Positions 22,468 to 36,499 of a stretch of 64,000 nt of DNA are shown here, one piece after another. The translations under genes were made by a program, and so were the position numbers. This DNA is from Felis catus. Taxonomy: Eukaryota. The stretch lies in contig NC_058373.1 in the NCBI RefSeq assembly GCF_018350175.1, positions 100,938,001-101,002,000 of the forward strand, read 5' to 3'. Under the pieces are notes generated by a model. The model was not told the DNA's origin. It was given only the letters and a program-made list of their open reading frames with translations, and did not search any database. Each line of letters starts with the position of its first letter. The first letter of the stretch is position 1.

Positions 22468-23589
22468 CAGCACCTTGAGATTTAAAAAATATTCTGGGAT
22501 CTTCCTTTAAACCAAAATCTGAATATTCATATAGACATCTATTTGGGCTATGAACTCATAAATGAAATAGGATCCTCGCTTTGATGAAACTGCATGGTAG
22601 ACATCCAAAAAGTATCTGCTCTAGGAAATGATTTGATGATTCAACATGTTGGCACTCTTTCTTCTGAACCAGGACTGTGCCAGCCTTAGTGTTAGGGGCC
22701 ACTGTTGGAAGGCTTGGCTTTCCACTGAGCTGTGACATGGAGTTGTAATCTGCCCATGTCAGTAGAAGTCCAGCAGCATTTTCTATCCATTTAGAGATCT
22801 TAACTTCAATCACTTGGCCAAAACCCAATTTGGGTAATCTACAGACCCAGAATTCCCCAGTAATTTCACTTGGATGAGACACTGCATTTTTCTCTTCTCT
22901 TTGCTCCCCAAACTTGTGCCACATTACATGGTATTAAACACATTTCACTGCCAAGCTGGCTGAGGCAGCAGGTAGCACGATAAATGTGCTTTGTACTCAT
23001 TGACTCCCTTCAGAAGTCAAGTTTATAAACCATGTGTTTATTTGGCAAGAATGTAAAGGGAGTGCCTTTCATTTCATCCTTCCCCATTTTCCACCTTTGA
23101 ATTTCATTTGTCCTAAAGAATTCCACAGGTAATAAATGGATTTATGTAAGAGGCAGTTCATAACAGCATCCTGATTTTGCAGTTAAAAATTTTTTTATTA
23201 GTCTCTATGTTGCTATAACAGAGAAATTAAGATTGGAGCATATAGTTGTGTACATCAGCTATGGTTTGCTTTTTAGAGATCTATGTCTAGAGAAAAAGCT
23301 TTGAAAACCAATAATATTAATCTCTAAAGTACATCCCCTCCCCTCCCAGCCCCCGGAGATTTCGGTGCATATATAGACACGTTTGACTTGCTTGCTTTCT
23401 TTATGGTCATCATCCTTAGTCCCTAGCACCATCTTGGGTATTGTTGAAGATAGGTTAAACAAGTTTAAGGTCCTATACTTGCCCCTAAAGCAACTATAAA
23501 GCAACTGTAGTCTCACTGAGTAGACTAAACACACATAAAATGGTGACAAAACAGATAGAACATGATAAAATGCCATAGAGAAAAATGGT

Positions 23590-23770
23590 ATATAAGTCAC
23601 ACTAACTGGATTTGAATCCACACTCTACCACTTATTAGTTGTATAATTCTGGGCAAGTTATTTAACTGTTCTATGCCTCATTTCCCCATCTATAAAATAG
23701 GAATAATAACAGTTAACACATCAAAGGGTCTTAGGACAGGATATTAATGACTATTAACTCTTAATAAAAA
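23590..23770 (+). mobile_element. MIR
   Basis: ggatttgaatcc...gggcaagttatttaactgttctatgcctcatttccccatctataaaatagg. Confidence 0.85.
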
Positions 23771-24284
23771 GATGCATGTAAACAAATTGTGTATTTTTGA
23801 AGGGAGAAATTTCTTTGAGTTAGAATACTTAGGGGAGTTTCCATGGAATACTTAATGGGTCAAATTGAATTTGAGCTCTGAATTTCAAAGCTAGAAATAT
23901 TTTTTGTCTGTAGTTGCTGACTCCCTTCTGAATCCAAGTTTATATCTCACTAGCCTACCTGATAAGAATGTATCAATAGTGGGTCTACTATTCCAAAATA
24001 ATAATTTTTAAAAAGTATAAAATAACATGTTTATTATAAAACATTTAGAACATACACAAGTACAAAAAAGAAAGTATAGTACTCTTTTATGCTCTGTTGA
24101 TACTTTTTTTGCATTTCCTTCCTGTCTTTTTTTTTTTTTTAATTCATGTATTTTAACCAAAATGTTGTCATGGTACATATGTAGTTTTGTATCCTACGTT
24201 TTCATTAAGTCCACCAGATAACATTTTCCATTGTCATCTCATATTTTTCTACATAAGTTTTTGTGAGGTTCTTTGACTTTTTTG

Positions 24285-24490
24285 TTTTAAGTTTATTTTT
24301 ATTTATTTTGAGAGAGAGATAGAGAGCAAGCAGGGAAGGGTCAGAGAGAGAGAGGGAGACAGAATCCCAAGCAGGCTCTGGCTGTCAGCACAGAGCTCGA
24401 TGTGGGGCTCAAACCCACAAATGTGAGATCATGACCTAAGCTGAAGTCAAGAGTCAGATGCTTAACCAACTGGGCCACCCAGGGGTTCCC
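24285..24490 (-). mobile_element. Can-SINE
   Basis: Standard body. Confidence 0.92.
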
Positions 24491-24821
24491 TCCCCACCTT
24501 TTTTTTAAAGAATAGAACCCTAGAAATGAATATACTGGGTTAAAGACCGTGTTTTAAAAACGGTTGATGTTCATAGTTAAAATTATTTCAGAAAAGTTAA
24601 ACTAATTTACACTCTCCCAATGTTGAAGAGTTTATATCTCACTGCAAATTCACTATAATTAATATCATTTAAAAATATTTGTCAGCTTAATAGACAAAGC
24701 ATAATATTTTCCCTTAATTTATAATGATTTGCTTACGAGCACAGTTGACCTTTTCTTCATATGTTTCTTTGTTTTGGATTTCCCCATCTATGATAGTCTG
24801 CACCATTCAGTTTTACAGGGA

Positions 24822-25039
24822 TTTTTTTTTTTTTTACGTTTATTCATTTTTGAAAAGCAGAGAGAGACAGAATGTGAAAGGCGGAGAGGCAGAGAGAGAG
24901 GGAGACACAGAAACAGAAGCAGGCTCCAGGCTCCGAGCTATCAGCACAGAGCCTGACGCGGGGCTCCAACTCACGGACCAGGAGATCATGACCTGAGCTG
25001 AAATTGGCCACTTAACCGACTAAGCCACCCGGGTGCCCC
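24822..25039 (-). mobile_element. Can-SINE
   Basis: Standard body; imperfect TSD cagtttt...ggat. Confidence 0.92.
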
Positions 25040-25301
25040 AGTTTTGAGGGGATGTTTTTGATATTTGTATCTACATACATGAGCTCTTCATATATAGTAG
25101 TGAAAGTAACTCTTGGTCACATTTGAACCAAATGTCTATTTGTTTTTGATGTACACAGATTTTACATTCTTATGAAGTCAGTTTAAGATTTTTTTTACTT
25201 TGTGATTTCTTTCATGTTTTTAAATTTATGAACTCTGAAATTTGCTTGTCTTAGTAAAATCTGTATAAGAAATTAAATTTTCACTAAGGAGAGGTAGAAG
25301 A

Positions 25302-25848
25302 TGTGAGAAACAAGGCCACCCACCGAAACAAAGGAGGGGCAGGGAGACTCGGAGCACAGTGAAGTGAGGCTTTAAATCAAAGTTTATGCAAGAGCAGTGT
25401 CTGATGGACAGGCACACTCGGGCGGATACAGCAGGCAATTTATCTCCCACCACGCCTCCTTCGCCTGGTTCCTCATTGGCTGAGTACTACAGAGGTTACA
25501 GCTTTTCCCAGATATCGCTGATGCCCATGTAAGGCAAAAAGTAATCTGATTGGAGCAAACATACATTCCCTGAGGTGATGCGGCAATGTTCAGTCCCTCC
25601 TCCCTTTATTTTTTGACCCATGCTCATTGCAAAGCCCCCAAGCTAACCCCATGAAAATAAGCCCAGGAAAGGGAGAAGGGAAGAAGAAGAACCAGGGAGT
25701 GAAGTGTCCAAAGGTTTGGGACTCCATTGTGGCCACTGGGGTCGAGGGGAGCTACATATTTCCAGTAGGTTGTAAACCTACTGTTAACTGGAAAGCACAG
25801 CTTTTATTTAGCATTTCTGAAAATGAATCATCTCCCTTACTTCTCACA
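25302..25848 (-). mobile_element. Intact 547-bp ERV solo LTR
   Basis: 8-bp terminal inverted repeat tgtgagaa...ttctcaca; 5-bp TSD GAAGA at 25297-25301 and 25849-25853; on the - strand two CCAAT boxes, a GATAAA TATA-like box and a variant polyA signal. Confidence 0.9.
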
Positions 25849-27606
25849 GAAGAGCTACTTCTTTCTCATTCTGATTCCTTTTCTCCTGCTTTCTCTCCTC
25901 CTCCTTCTTCAAAAGAATCTGTCAATCAAAGACAATTCATGGTTAATTTTGGAAAAATACATATTTTTTTTGGTCAATTTTAAGGCTTCTAGTTTTGGTT
26001 CACACCAGTTTTTTGTAGAGCCTTTAGTAGTCAAATAGTTAAGTAGAAAATATTTTCCCGCCAGCTGGAAATAAATTATGGGACATTGTTTGACAAAGAT
26101 TCAAACTTTAGAATAGCAATTAAAAAAAAAAATCACATTTTGCTCTTGACTCAGTTTGCTCATGACTTAGTGGAATCCAATCCTCTTTGTTGAGTTTGTT
26201 CTTGCTGTTGGTTAACCCCAGCTCAGGGGATAAATCTAAAATGCACACTGTCTCATCATTTGTTTTCCTGGGGGAAACTGATCTCTGCCCTCTACCTTGC
26301 TTCTCAGCAGGTCTGCTATACGTGGGGAAGAGTCGGAAGTTTTTACAATCATATCTCACAGGAGGTTTGATGTAAAGGAGATTAAATCTTAGTATTGTTT
26401 CCCAAATTATTTTAAATGTCTGTTTAAAAGGCTTTTAAGGTTTTTTTTTTTTTTCTTTGAACGGAAGTATTAACTAGAACTGCCAGGGGCAGTTAGTTTG
26501 AGAAAAGCAATACTGTGCATCTTAAATTGGGTAGAAATTTTTATGACTCAAATTCTTCATTTATTATACCCAGATGGTGGGAACATGCTGCTGTCTCCGA
26601 TGCCCTGGTGGAAATGAACCATCAAGGGCTAAGTGGGAAGCTTCACTGAGAAGTTTGAACATGGTGCCAGCATTGCCTTTTGTTCAACATCTTGACTGGT
26701 GCTTCATACTGGAGCACCTTTAATTTAAATCTATTTCATTGAATTCCCTGAGATTTAAAGCTCTTCCTGAAAATTGCAGTTGCCTATATGTACATTGGCT
26801 AAGAAATTAACTGAAGGTGTTGCTTTACCAAAGTACCCACCTGAAACTTGCAAATATGAAGCAATCAGTTGTTCACTCAACAAATTATTTGTTCATTACC
26901 CACAAAGTATGAGATATCCTAATGGAGTTAGGAAAAGAAGTTGCTGGAAAAAAATTACATATGAAAACTGAAGAAACTATTTAAAAGTACTATTTATAAG
27001 CCATATCTTAATGGAAAATTCTTTTGTTCTGAGAAAGCCTTTATTGAAAAATTAAATATACTGGTGTAATGTGGCACTGATATTAGCTTAACATATATAG
27101 CACCTCATAAAGTATGTTTACATATGATATCTCATTTAATTTATACAACTTTTTTTGTGGTAGTTAGGGAAGACATTACCATCTTGTTTTTACACACCAA
27201 TGAGTTGATAGCTGAAGTTACAGGGTGAGTAAGAAATGGAGCCAAGAATCAAAAGTAGGTCTTCTGAGTCTTAGGCTGGTCTCATTCCTTCCCTATTATA
27301 ATGCTAAGGGAGAAGAAGATAAGAAATAGCAACATTTGCATGTAAGACATCTTAAAGGCTAGTGCAGCATTTTAGTGGTAATCCGCTGTCACAGTTTTCC
27401 CTTTTAAAAATGAATGTAAATTAGGGTATTGCTAGGATTTTATCTCTTAGAATAAATGGACTCGTAGCTAAGGTTTAACTATAGTAAGACTGCAGAAAAT
27501 TTTCATAATATTTTAAATTCGAACATGGAACATTGATTATTGCATTTTTTTAGGAAGGAGAAACCGCAGGTTTTGTTTTATCTAAGCATTACATCAGGAT
27601 TTCCTT

Positions 27607-27737
27607 TTCTTCTTCTTCTTCTTCTTCTTCTTCTTCTTCTTCTTCTTCTTCTTCTTCTTCTAATTTTTCTCCTTCTCCTTCTCCTTCTCCTTCTCCTTCT
27701 CCTTCTCCTTCTCCTTCTCCTTCTCCTTCTCCTTCTA
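27607..27737. repeat. Compound (CTT)n + (CTCCTT)n microsatellite
   Basis: Direct reading; source of the poly-L and poly-E/EG ORFs. Confidence 0.97.
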
Positions 27738-28119
27738 CTTCATTTGATAGTATAGTTGATTGGGACATGCAAGCTGAATTGGCAAATAATTGTGGCCACA
27801 ATCGCCTAATTCTGCTGCTCCTTAGGTGGAAGGATTTCCTCTCTGAGGGTAGTGTGGGTAGATGATGACAGGCTGGGTTGTATGCTGCTGAAACCACTGT
27901 TGTATGTTGGAAGAATGAGCAACAGATAGAGAATTTTCATTGTTTTGGCTCAGTATGGATTTCTGCTAAACCCAAAGCTTGAGAAAAATTTTTGTCCTGG
28001 TACCCTTGCTCAGTAGAAAACAGATGTGAAGAGGACCCACCATAATTTATACTCGGAATGCAGTGCAGACCAGGGACATAATTGTTTGAAAGTCAGAAAA
28101 CCAAGGCACTAGAATATAA

Positions 28120-28380
28120 CCAGTTAAATTCAACAAATGTTTATCAAGTGCCTCCTCTGGGTCAGGCACAGTTCAGAGAACCTAGACCTATGATAGAAAA
28201 AGCAAGTGAAATACAGCTTCTGCAGTTATGGAACTATAGGCCAGGGGATTACTGATATTAAACATGTGATTAATTACAAGGATAATGAACGTTATGAATA
28301 AAAAAGGATGGGGGACTATAGGGCATGAAGAGTCAGGGGATTTAGTCTAGGGTAGGGATTGAGGGAAGGCTTCAATCTTT
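28120..28380 (-). mobile_element. L2 3' relic
   Basis: attcaacaaatgtttatcaagtgcct...gagggaaggcttc. Confidence 0.7.
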
Positions 28381-28439
28381 TAACCTTTAAAAACTTCTTA
28401 GAAAAATAAAGCAGAAGAATTTAGAAAAATCACAAAACC

Positions 28440-28600
28440 AAGTTAATTTTGTGTCCAACTTGACTGGGCCATGGGGTGCCCAGATAGTTGACCAACATTA
28501 TTCTGGGTATGCCTGTGAGGATGTTTCTAGATAAGATTAACACAAGACTGAGTAAAGGAGATTTTCTTCCCTAATGTAGATGGCCTTCATCCAATCAGTT
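28440..28600 (+). mobile_element. MLT2 LTR 5' fragment
   Basis: gttaattttgtgtccaacttgactgggccatggggtgcccagata...catccaatcagttg. Confidence 0.8.
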
Positions 28601-29149
28601 GTAATTTGGTCATACCTTAGAATTAATACAATTTATCAAAGGCATGAAGTTACTTAACATTAAGCTAATAATTTATTAAAAACTTAAAACAATTACTGAA
28701 TTTTAACAATATTAATTTCATGTTGCCACTCAGCTGATAGAAGAATCTATCAACCATATATATATTTATAGGTGACTATACACCTACGTATATATATGAA
28801 TCTATCAACTATACATTATCATAGTGATGTCAAGACCTGGATATCATAGAAAGGATGAATCCTGAAGATAAATATAGTTGTCCAGGAAGAGTGTGAGTTA
28901 TCAATCAACCAGTAAACACTAGTGAATATAATTTCATGGTATTGGGAGTAGCAAAAATGTGGTGAATACAAAAGAAATAGAAAATGTAGCATTTTTTCAC
29001 ATAGAGCTTACAATCTAATCCTAAACCAGATCCAAGTACCTTGACTACACCACTAAAGGACTTTGAGACAAGTAGAAATTTCAGCTCTGCAAGCTGAAAC
29101 TCACCTGGGAAGGGATGTGGGGCAGGAGTGCAAAGAGGTAGGTGGGGTT

Positions 29150-29970
29150 AATTCATTCAAGGCATTTTTATTAAGAAAAACCAGACTGAGTCATTCCTGC
29201 TAGCAATGGGAATTCAGTAGTGAGAAAGAGACACAGTCCCTCTTAGAGTTTAGGCATATGACACAACTAGGAGATAGTAGACAAATAGTCATTCCCCAAA
29301 TTATTCTATGGTGCTTTTACTAAGTGTCACAAAGAAGTTGGGTGCTGTGAGAGTACATGAGGAAGGTAGGAAAGGCTTTTCACAGAAGTGATGTTTCAGA
29401 TTTGACAAGAAGAAAGACCAAGGGCTGATATGATTAAGGGAGAAGAGGAGAGCCCTGTTATCAGCAGAGAGAAGACCCCCATGTGGAAAGGAGATCAACA
29501 ACTTTGGAAAATTGAAAGGGTGGTATGTATGGTGAGCTAGAGAGAATGAAACAGAATATGCTAGATTATGTGGGCCTTGTAGGATTCTAAAAACATTAGA
29601 AGGACACAACAAGCCTTCAGACAGAAGGATGACGTGATCAGATGTCCATGTTAAGAAGACAGTTTTATCGTGTGGAAAATGGACTGTAGGAGATGAAGAG
29701 TGGAAACAAATGAAAACCGTTACAGTAGGGGTAGGCCTCAGGTAATGGTGGATTAGCCTGGAGTGTTAGTGATGTACATGGAGAGAAGAGGGTGGGTAAA
29801 TACATTTGTTGTCGAGGTAGAATCAATAGAGTGATTAGATGCAGGGGACTATGGTAAGGGACAAACCAAGTGACTCCAGAGTTTGGGCTTGAGTGTTTGG
29901 GAAGATGGTAGAATCATTTGTTAATCTGTGGAGGAAGATAGAGGGATTAATTTTGAAGTCAGGATACGAG
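29150..29970 (-). mobile_element. L2 relic
   Basis: attcattcaa tail, ggaaaggcttttcacagaag, gaggtagaatcaatag motifs. Confidence 0.7.
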
Positions 29971-29990
29971 TTAAACCAAGGATATTTCTT

Positions 29991-30016
29991 TTTTTTTAAG
30001 TTTATTTATTTATTTT

Positions 30017-30047
<31 letters not shown>

Positions 30048-30234
30048 CACGTCCATTCATGCACACGTGTGCAAGTGGAGGAGGGGGAGACAGAGAGGGA
30101 CAGAGAAACACAAGCAGACTCCACACTGTCAGCATAGAGTCTGACACAGAGCTTGATCTCATGAACTTTGTGATCATGACCTGAGCCAAAATCAAGAGTT
30201 GGATGCTCATCTGACTGAGCCACCCTGATGCCCC
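29991..30234 (-). mobile_element. Can-SINE
   Basis: TSD accaaggat(a/g)tttctt at 29975-29990 and 30235-30250. Confidence 0.93.
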
Positions 30235-30506
30235 ACCAAGGATGTTTCTTGAAGGGGATGGGAAGTGAGAAAGTACTCCATAAATACCAGAAAGAAATGC
30301 TATCAATGCATGGAGGCAGGAAGAAGGCTATCGATAAATGTGTCTGCTTACAGAGGAGTGAATAGAAAGGAAGAATCTGTTGTAATGAAGGAAAGGGAAA
30401 GACAACCTCAAAGGAAAGGCAAATATATTTGAATTCAACCTGTTGAGCCTACAAAGAAATGGTACTAAAGACCACTGCTTAAAGGTTAAAGATTATCCCA
30501 ATGTCT

Positions 30507-30628
30507 GGGGCACCTGGCTGGCTTAGAGGAGGGAACATGCAATTCTTGATATCAGGGTTGTGTGTTCAAGTGCCACGTTGAGTGTAGAGATTACTTAAAA
30601 ATAAAAATAAAAATAAATTTAAAAAAAA
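30507..30628 (+). mobile_element. Short Can-SINE variant lacking the (CT)n domain
   Basis: ggggcacctggctggcttag...gtagagattacttaaaaataaaa; TSD aaagatta(t/c)cccaatgtct. Confidence 0.88.
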
Positions 30629-30859
30629 GATTACCCCAATGTCTTTGCACAGGATAAATCATGTGGGCAGACAGGAAGAAGTCACCTTTATTTAACTTGA
30701 CACCTTGAGGAGACCCAATAGTGACATAATACTTTTCTTAGATATTCAGTCCTATGCAAATATTAGGATGGCAAAAGGGGTTGTAAATAGTGGAGAGAAC
30801 TCCAGATATCAGAAATCCTATATGAGCTGATTCAAAAACAAGAATAAGAGCAATAGTAA

Positions 30860-31100
30860 AGGCAACAAATACAACTGCTATTCATGGTGCATTTAGTATG
30901 TGCTCACTAAACGCTACCATGTTTCATCTCATTTTACTAGTGTAATCACTTTACAATATATTTTTAAATCTCCATTTGCAGTTAGAAGATAGAGCTCAGA
31001 GATATAGTTAACTCCCCAAGCATTAAGCAACAAAGAAGTGGTAGAGGCAAGATACAGGTTTAGATTTGATTAACTCTCAAATCTTTGTGCTTTACCCCAA
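30860..31100 (-). mobile_element. MIR
   Basis: ctccatttgcag...gctcagaga...aactccccaag...agtggtagagg. Confidence 0.6.
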
Positions 31101-34100
31101 ATCATTCCAAATCATTTCTGCCCTCAAGAAACATCAGGAGGACCGTGGTTTGTATTGATCCAGGAGGAATCCAGAAATGGCTTTGAGTGCCCTATATATA
31201 CCAAGCTTCTAGACCTTTCTGGGGTCCCGTGGCAGTGGAAATAACTGCTTAGGGATAAAGGGTACCTGAGAGGGCTGGACATACAAATAGGGAAAGACCT
31301 GAAGCCTCTCCATTTCTTCACCCCCAATACTGCCAGTTATCTGGATTTAAACTGTATGCATTGATCGCTGTTTGGGTTTCATTTTCTGAATCTCTAGGGT
31401 AAGAAATAGTCTGTATCCAGACAGCACTCGCTCATCACCCCACATGCCTTTCAAGAAGTGATTGCACTGGGATTTGAACCCAAGTCTAGTTAAATTCTAA
31501 ATAGATGTGCTTCATCACACAACACACAGGCCTTTGTGAGACTGGGGGAAGATAAAGAAGAAAGACCAGGACTGCAGAGGAGCCTTTTAGCTTGAACAGG
31601 AGATAATGGCCACCATGGAGGGTTGTGACTAGGAGCTAGAAAGTCTAGAATTTAAACTGTACTCCGCTGGTCACAGATAGTAAATGACCTCAGCTCCTTC
31701 CTTCTTTATGGAAATCCAGCTTATGGTATATGTCATAGGAATGTCAAGATTGAGTTTTGTGGTCTCAGTGATTTCATTGTTAAAAGCCATGCACCAAAGT
31801 ATAGGATAGTAATTATAGGAGAGGCAACGGATTTTACCAAGTTTAATTCAATTGAACATTGTGTCTTAACAAATCTTGAGTTCCAAACCAATTCCACTCA
31901 TTGGGGATTCAAGTTCACATGTCTTTGCACCACACAGCTTCCTGCCACTACGGAAAAAGGGCTTTAGAAGACTTACAAGGCTTCATAGACGTCAAATAAG
32001 TCTTATGAAACAACATGTTCACGTGTTAAGTGTAAATGAGTCAGAAACATAAGGATTAAATTTCCCTTAAAATACACAGGGGTTTGAAAATGAAGGGAAA
32101 AATGCTGAGGGCAAAACGTGTTTTGGATTTTGGCAAACCGAAAACATTTGAAAAAAATGGTTTGATGTTTGATGAACCCTAAATACAGCAGAGTTTGCTC
32201 ATCTCTCATTATGATGAAGACCAATAGACCATTTTTGTGTGAAAACAAAATCCCACTGGAACTGCCTGTGGACCCCTCACTACTGTAGAATTTGACTGAT
32301 TTTTTTTATTTCATTAATTCACCAACTTCCTTACTCACATGGTGGTTGGTGGTCTCTCCCACACAAGTTCTCAGCAAAAACATAATAAGAAAATACTGGA
32401 GAAGATGTCTGGGATTACTAAGACTTCATTTGTCTTATAAAATGTACTTCAGGGCATAACCACTGTACAATAAAACATTAACATAAATCATTCAAATAGA
32501 ACCATTCCTTGTCAAGATAAATAAGAGGAGTGTGTTTCATGTGGCACTGTCCTCATTTCTTTAAATTGGTTTGTTCACTTGCTAATTTGCAACACCGGGC
32601 AATCAGACATCCTGTGGTATGAATTATGGTGCTGAGATTTCTCCATTCATAGATTTCCCATCACTACCTCTGATTTTCATTGAAGTTTCTAAAGTGGTCG
32701 TAAAGATGGGAACAGGGTCTGGTGGATGCTTTAGGAGCCATAGAAATAGTAGGAGGTGAAAACAGATGGCAATACTTTTTCTTCCTCAAGTACTTTCTGA
32801 GGGCCCATGGGAGGTCAGATTTGCAGATGTCATTTTTGTTCCTTTTGTGTTAGATCTCTCATGCAAACAGTGGCTCCCTCGTTAAAATTATTCTGTCTGA
32901 TTTATTTGGGTTGGCCTTTGATTTGAGCTGAAATTACTTTATCTTTGCAATGCTCCGGTAGTCGGATTCGTGTGACAAGCCATTCACTTTTTGAAAGACT
33001 TTCATAATGTGTATGAAGAAATGCTTCAGAGACAGCTATAAAAATAGCAACAAGAAGTTCCATGGATTGAGTAAGTGCTATGTGTCAGCCCTTGTGCTAA
33101 ACTCACTGCACACACCACACTGTTGAAAATTCTCTGAAGGAAACATGATTATCTCCTTCTTATAAATGAGGAAATAGAGGTTCAGTGAATTACATCACGG
33201 TGGTAGAGTTGGTAATTCAAACATTCATTTGAATGGTTATTAAACAACTGATTTATGTCAGACATTATTCTAGGTGTTAAGGATATAATGATGAATAAGA
33301 TATATCCCCTGCCCTCACAGAGTTTACATTCTAGATGGAAGAAGACCTTTCTGATCGGAGAACTTCATTCTTGGCCACTGTCCACATTCTTCATGGTTTT
33401 TAAGTATAACGAGACAGGAATAAAGACTTTATATTGATTTATCTTGGATTTGCTTCATCTGAGAGTGTTTGGTTACAGGAACAAGGTTATTGGTGGATTA
33501 TCATTGTTCAGATAGAGAAGAGTTGCCAAAGCAGAAAAGAAAACCCCTTTTTCCAAGAAGTTACACTTTTCCATTTTGCAAATTAGAGTACTTTAAACTT
33601 AAAACCATTAGTAAATACACAATATGGACTTGGACCTTGAAATTTTAAGAACTATAGGTCTGGAGGATGGTCTCTCCTGCCTTACATGTTCAGTTGAAGA
33701 AGAGCTATGCTTTATATCTCTGTTAGCAAGTACTTGCTGCCATCCTTGTGATTTTCCTAACTGACTTATTTGAGGTTTTATTGATTTGAGAGCAAATTGT
33801 CAATGAAAAAAACCAATTTAACCCAGAAAGCTTTGGGTTGAAGACTTGAGTTTCTTGCTTTCAATTTTCCAGGGTATAAGACTTCTGGCATGAAAAAGGA
33901 TCTAGTTCAAACTTTTCACTTTATAGGAACTGAGAAACTAAAGTTAGAAATCTGAAATATAAACAGTCCTCATGAAGGCAGGCCTGGTGTAAATCTCATA
34001 TAAAAGAAGTAATACTGATCTTTGTTAGATTAAGTTTTACTTGATTACTCACATGTCCTTTGGGGTCACTCTTGCCCTTAAGATTTAGATGATATTATTT

Positions 34101-34609
34101 AGAAATTCCATTGCAATGTTTGTAGGAAGTCAAGTATGTTTCCAAAATTTTCTGCAAATTTCCAAGGTCTCACATTCCCATGCCCACCTCTGGCTTCATG
34201 CTCTGGCTGCTCCCATGATAGTTGTGTTTGTAGATGGATCATCTGTCACATTATATTCCTATTCCATGATGTGTTGACCTACACTTGGAACTCAGAGCTT
34301 TTATTGAATTTCACCCTCTCACATATACAGAGGAAGACCCAAGCAAACAAAAAAAAACACTTATACGAAGTCTTTATGTATTTATCAGACTTCATTGAGG
34401 TTTGGGTAAGATAAAGAGGATTTAATATTGCACCATCTTAACACTGAACATTGGGTATCCTTAATCTTAAAATTATCCTTGTCCCTTTCAGCGAGTAAGG
34501 CTCAGTCTCCAGCAATGTCACTCCAATAGCTCTTTTTTTCCCTTCTTGATCCTGATTCCTTTTCTATTTCTCCTTCCTCTCCAGAACTGAGGCCAGGTTC
34601 TTCTATGTT

Positions 34610-35870
34610 CTATGTTATTTTTAAAATGAGATATAATTCACATACCATCAAATTCACTATTTTAAAATGAACAATTCCGTGGGTTTTTTAAGTATATTCA
34701 CAAAGTCATACAATAATCATCCCTGCCTAATTTCAGAAGACTTTCATAACGTCAAAGGAAGCCTCATATCTGTTAGTAATTCTCATTCCTCTGCCCCAAA
34801 CCCCTGGCCCTGGCAACCATCAATCTACTTTCTGTCCTTATGGATTACCTATTCTGGGCACTTCACGTAAATGGAATCATACAATATATGGTCATTTGGA
34901 TCTGACTTCTTTTCTTAGCACAATGTTTTCAAGGGTCTTCCATGCTATAATATATATCTGTATTTCTTTCCTTTTAATGACTGAATAATATTCAATTGTA
35001 TGGATAGACATTATCTGTATACCCATTCACCAGTTGACGAATATTAGGTTTGTTTCTAGTGTTTGGCTATTGTGAATAATGCTGCTGTGAACATTTGTGC
35101 AAACATTTTTGTATGAACATATATTTTCACTTCTCTTGGGTATATACCTAAAAGTGGAATTGCTGGGTTAAATGGCAAGTCTATGTTTAATTTTTGAGAA
35201 ATTCCTGAACTGTTTTCCAAAGTGGCTATACCATTTTACATTCCCGTTGTCAATGCAGGAAAGTTCCAAGCTTTCCACGTTATTGCCACACATTATTTTT
35301 ATTATTTCAGTCATCCTAGTACATGTGAAGTGGTATCTCATTATGGATTTGATTTCCATTTCCCTAATGACTGGCCATGTAGAGTATGTTTTCAGGTGCT
35401 TACTGGCATTTGTGTGTCTTCTTTGAAGAATGTCTATTCGAATCCTTTGTCCATTTAAAAAATTGTGTTGTCTTTTTGCTGTCCAATTGTAACAGTGCTT
35501 ATGTTAGACCTTTATCAGAAACATGATTTACAAATATTTTCTTCTGTTTTATGGGTTGTCATTTCACCTTCATGGTAGTATTGTTTGAAGCCCAAAAGTT
35601 TTTCATTTTGGTAAAGCCTAATTTATTTAGTTTATCTTAGATTGCTTTGCTTTTGGTGTCACACCTAAGAAACCATTGCCTAATTCAAGTTTCTGAAGAT
35701 TTATGCCTATGTTTTGTTCTAAGAATTTACAGTTTGGGCTCTTTTATTTAAGTCTTTGATTTATTTTGAGTTAACTTTTGTATATAGTGTGAGATGGATA
35801 TTCAGTTGTCCCAGCACTATTTGTTGGAAAAAAAATATGCTTTCCCTATTTATTGTCTTGGCACATTTGG
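34610..35870 (-). mobile_element. L1 (L1MB-like) 3' fragment
   Basis: gagatataattcacataccat, ggcaaccatcaatctactttctgtc, aatggaatcatacaatat; ORF 35168-35359(-) is L1 ORF2 C-terminal-like. Confidence 0.9.
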
Positions 35871-36499
35871 GCTTACCTCTATGTTCTTAAGTAGAGTAAT
35901 TCTGTGATTTCCAACCCTTACCTCCAAATTTAGCTCTGGATGTTCCTTTGAACGTTCAAGGATCTAACTGAAGTGTGAGTATATTGCTCCCAAGTGTCCC
36001 TCTGATTAAGTCTTAGATGAGAATTAATTTCTAACATAGCGGAAACGGGGAGCGAAAAGGAAGGATGATGGCTTGTCCTTTTGATGATACGGGAATTAAT
36101 AATGTTGTATAGTAGCCAAGAGGATGATCAGATAGTCACACTAGCTGTGTGATTTGGGGCAATAACTTAACTGCTTTGAGCCTCAGTTTTACTTTCTGTA
36201 GTATATATCTTATAGCAGTATTTCTATCTGGGAAGCCCTTCTCAGAATATTCCAGGGAATGTATGTTTTTCTGAATCTTGCAACTCATGAAAAATCATTG
36301 AGAAATCAGGAAAACAGTACAAACTATTATAATTCTCTTATGAGAATTAAAGCTTAATAATCAATATATAAATGTTCTTAGCTTTAAGACAGTCACTGAT
36401 GTCACATTGAAAGTAAGAGCAGGACGTCTATCAGAGTGAAAGTCAAGGCAGACATTTCCAGAACTGGGCCAGGACCATGTAGGAGAAAAACAGCCACAA

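Larger units (their letters stand above)
24000..25260 (-). mobile_element. Very old L1 (L1ME-like) relic, host of two SINEs
   Basis: AT-rich antisense L1 motifs (ctagaaatgaatatactgggttaaag, aatttacactctccca). Confidence 0.5.

Noticed and set aside
26574..26650. Acceptor-like cccag|atggtgg segment
   Set aside because: No convincing donor and no recognisable peptide in any frame
27540..27897. Poly-Leu and poly-Glu/EG ORFs
   Set aside because: Translations of the (CTT)n/(CTCCTT)n microsatellite
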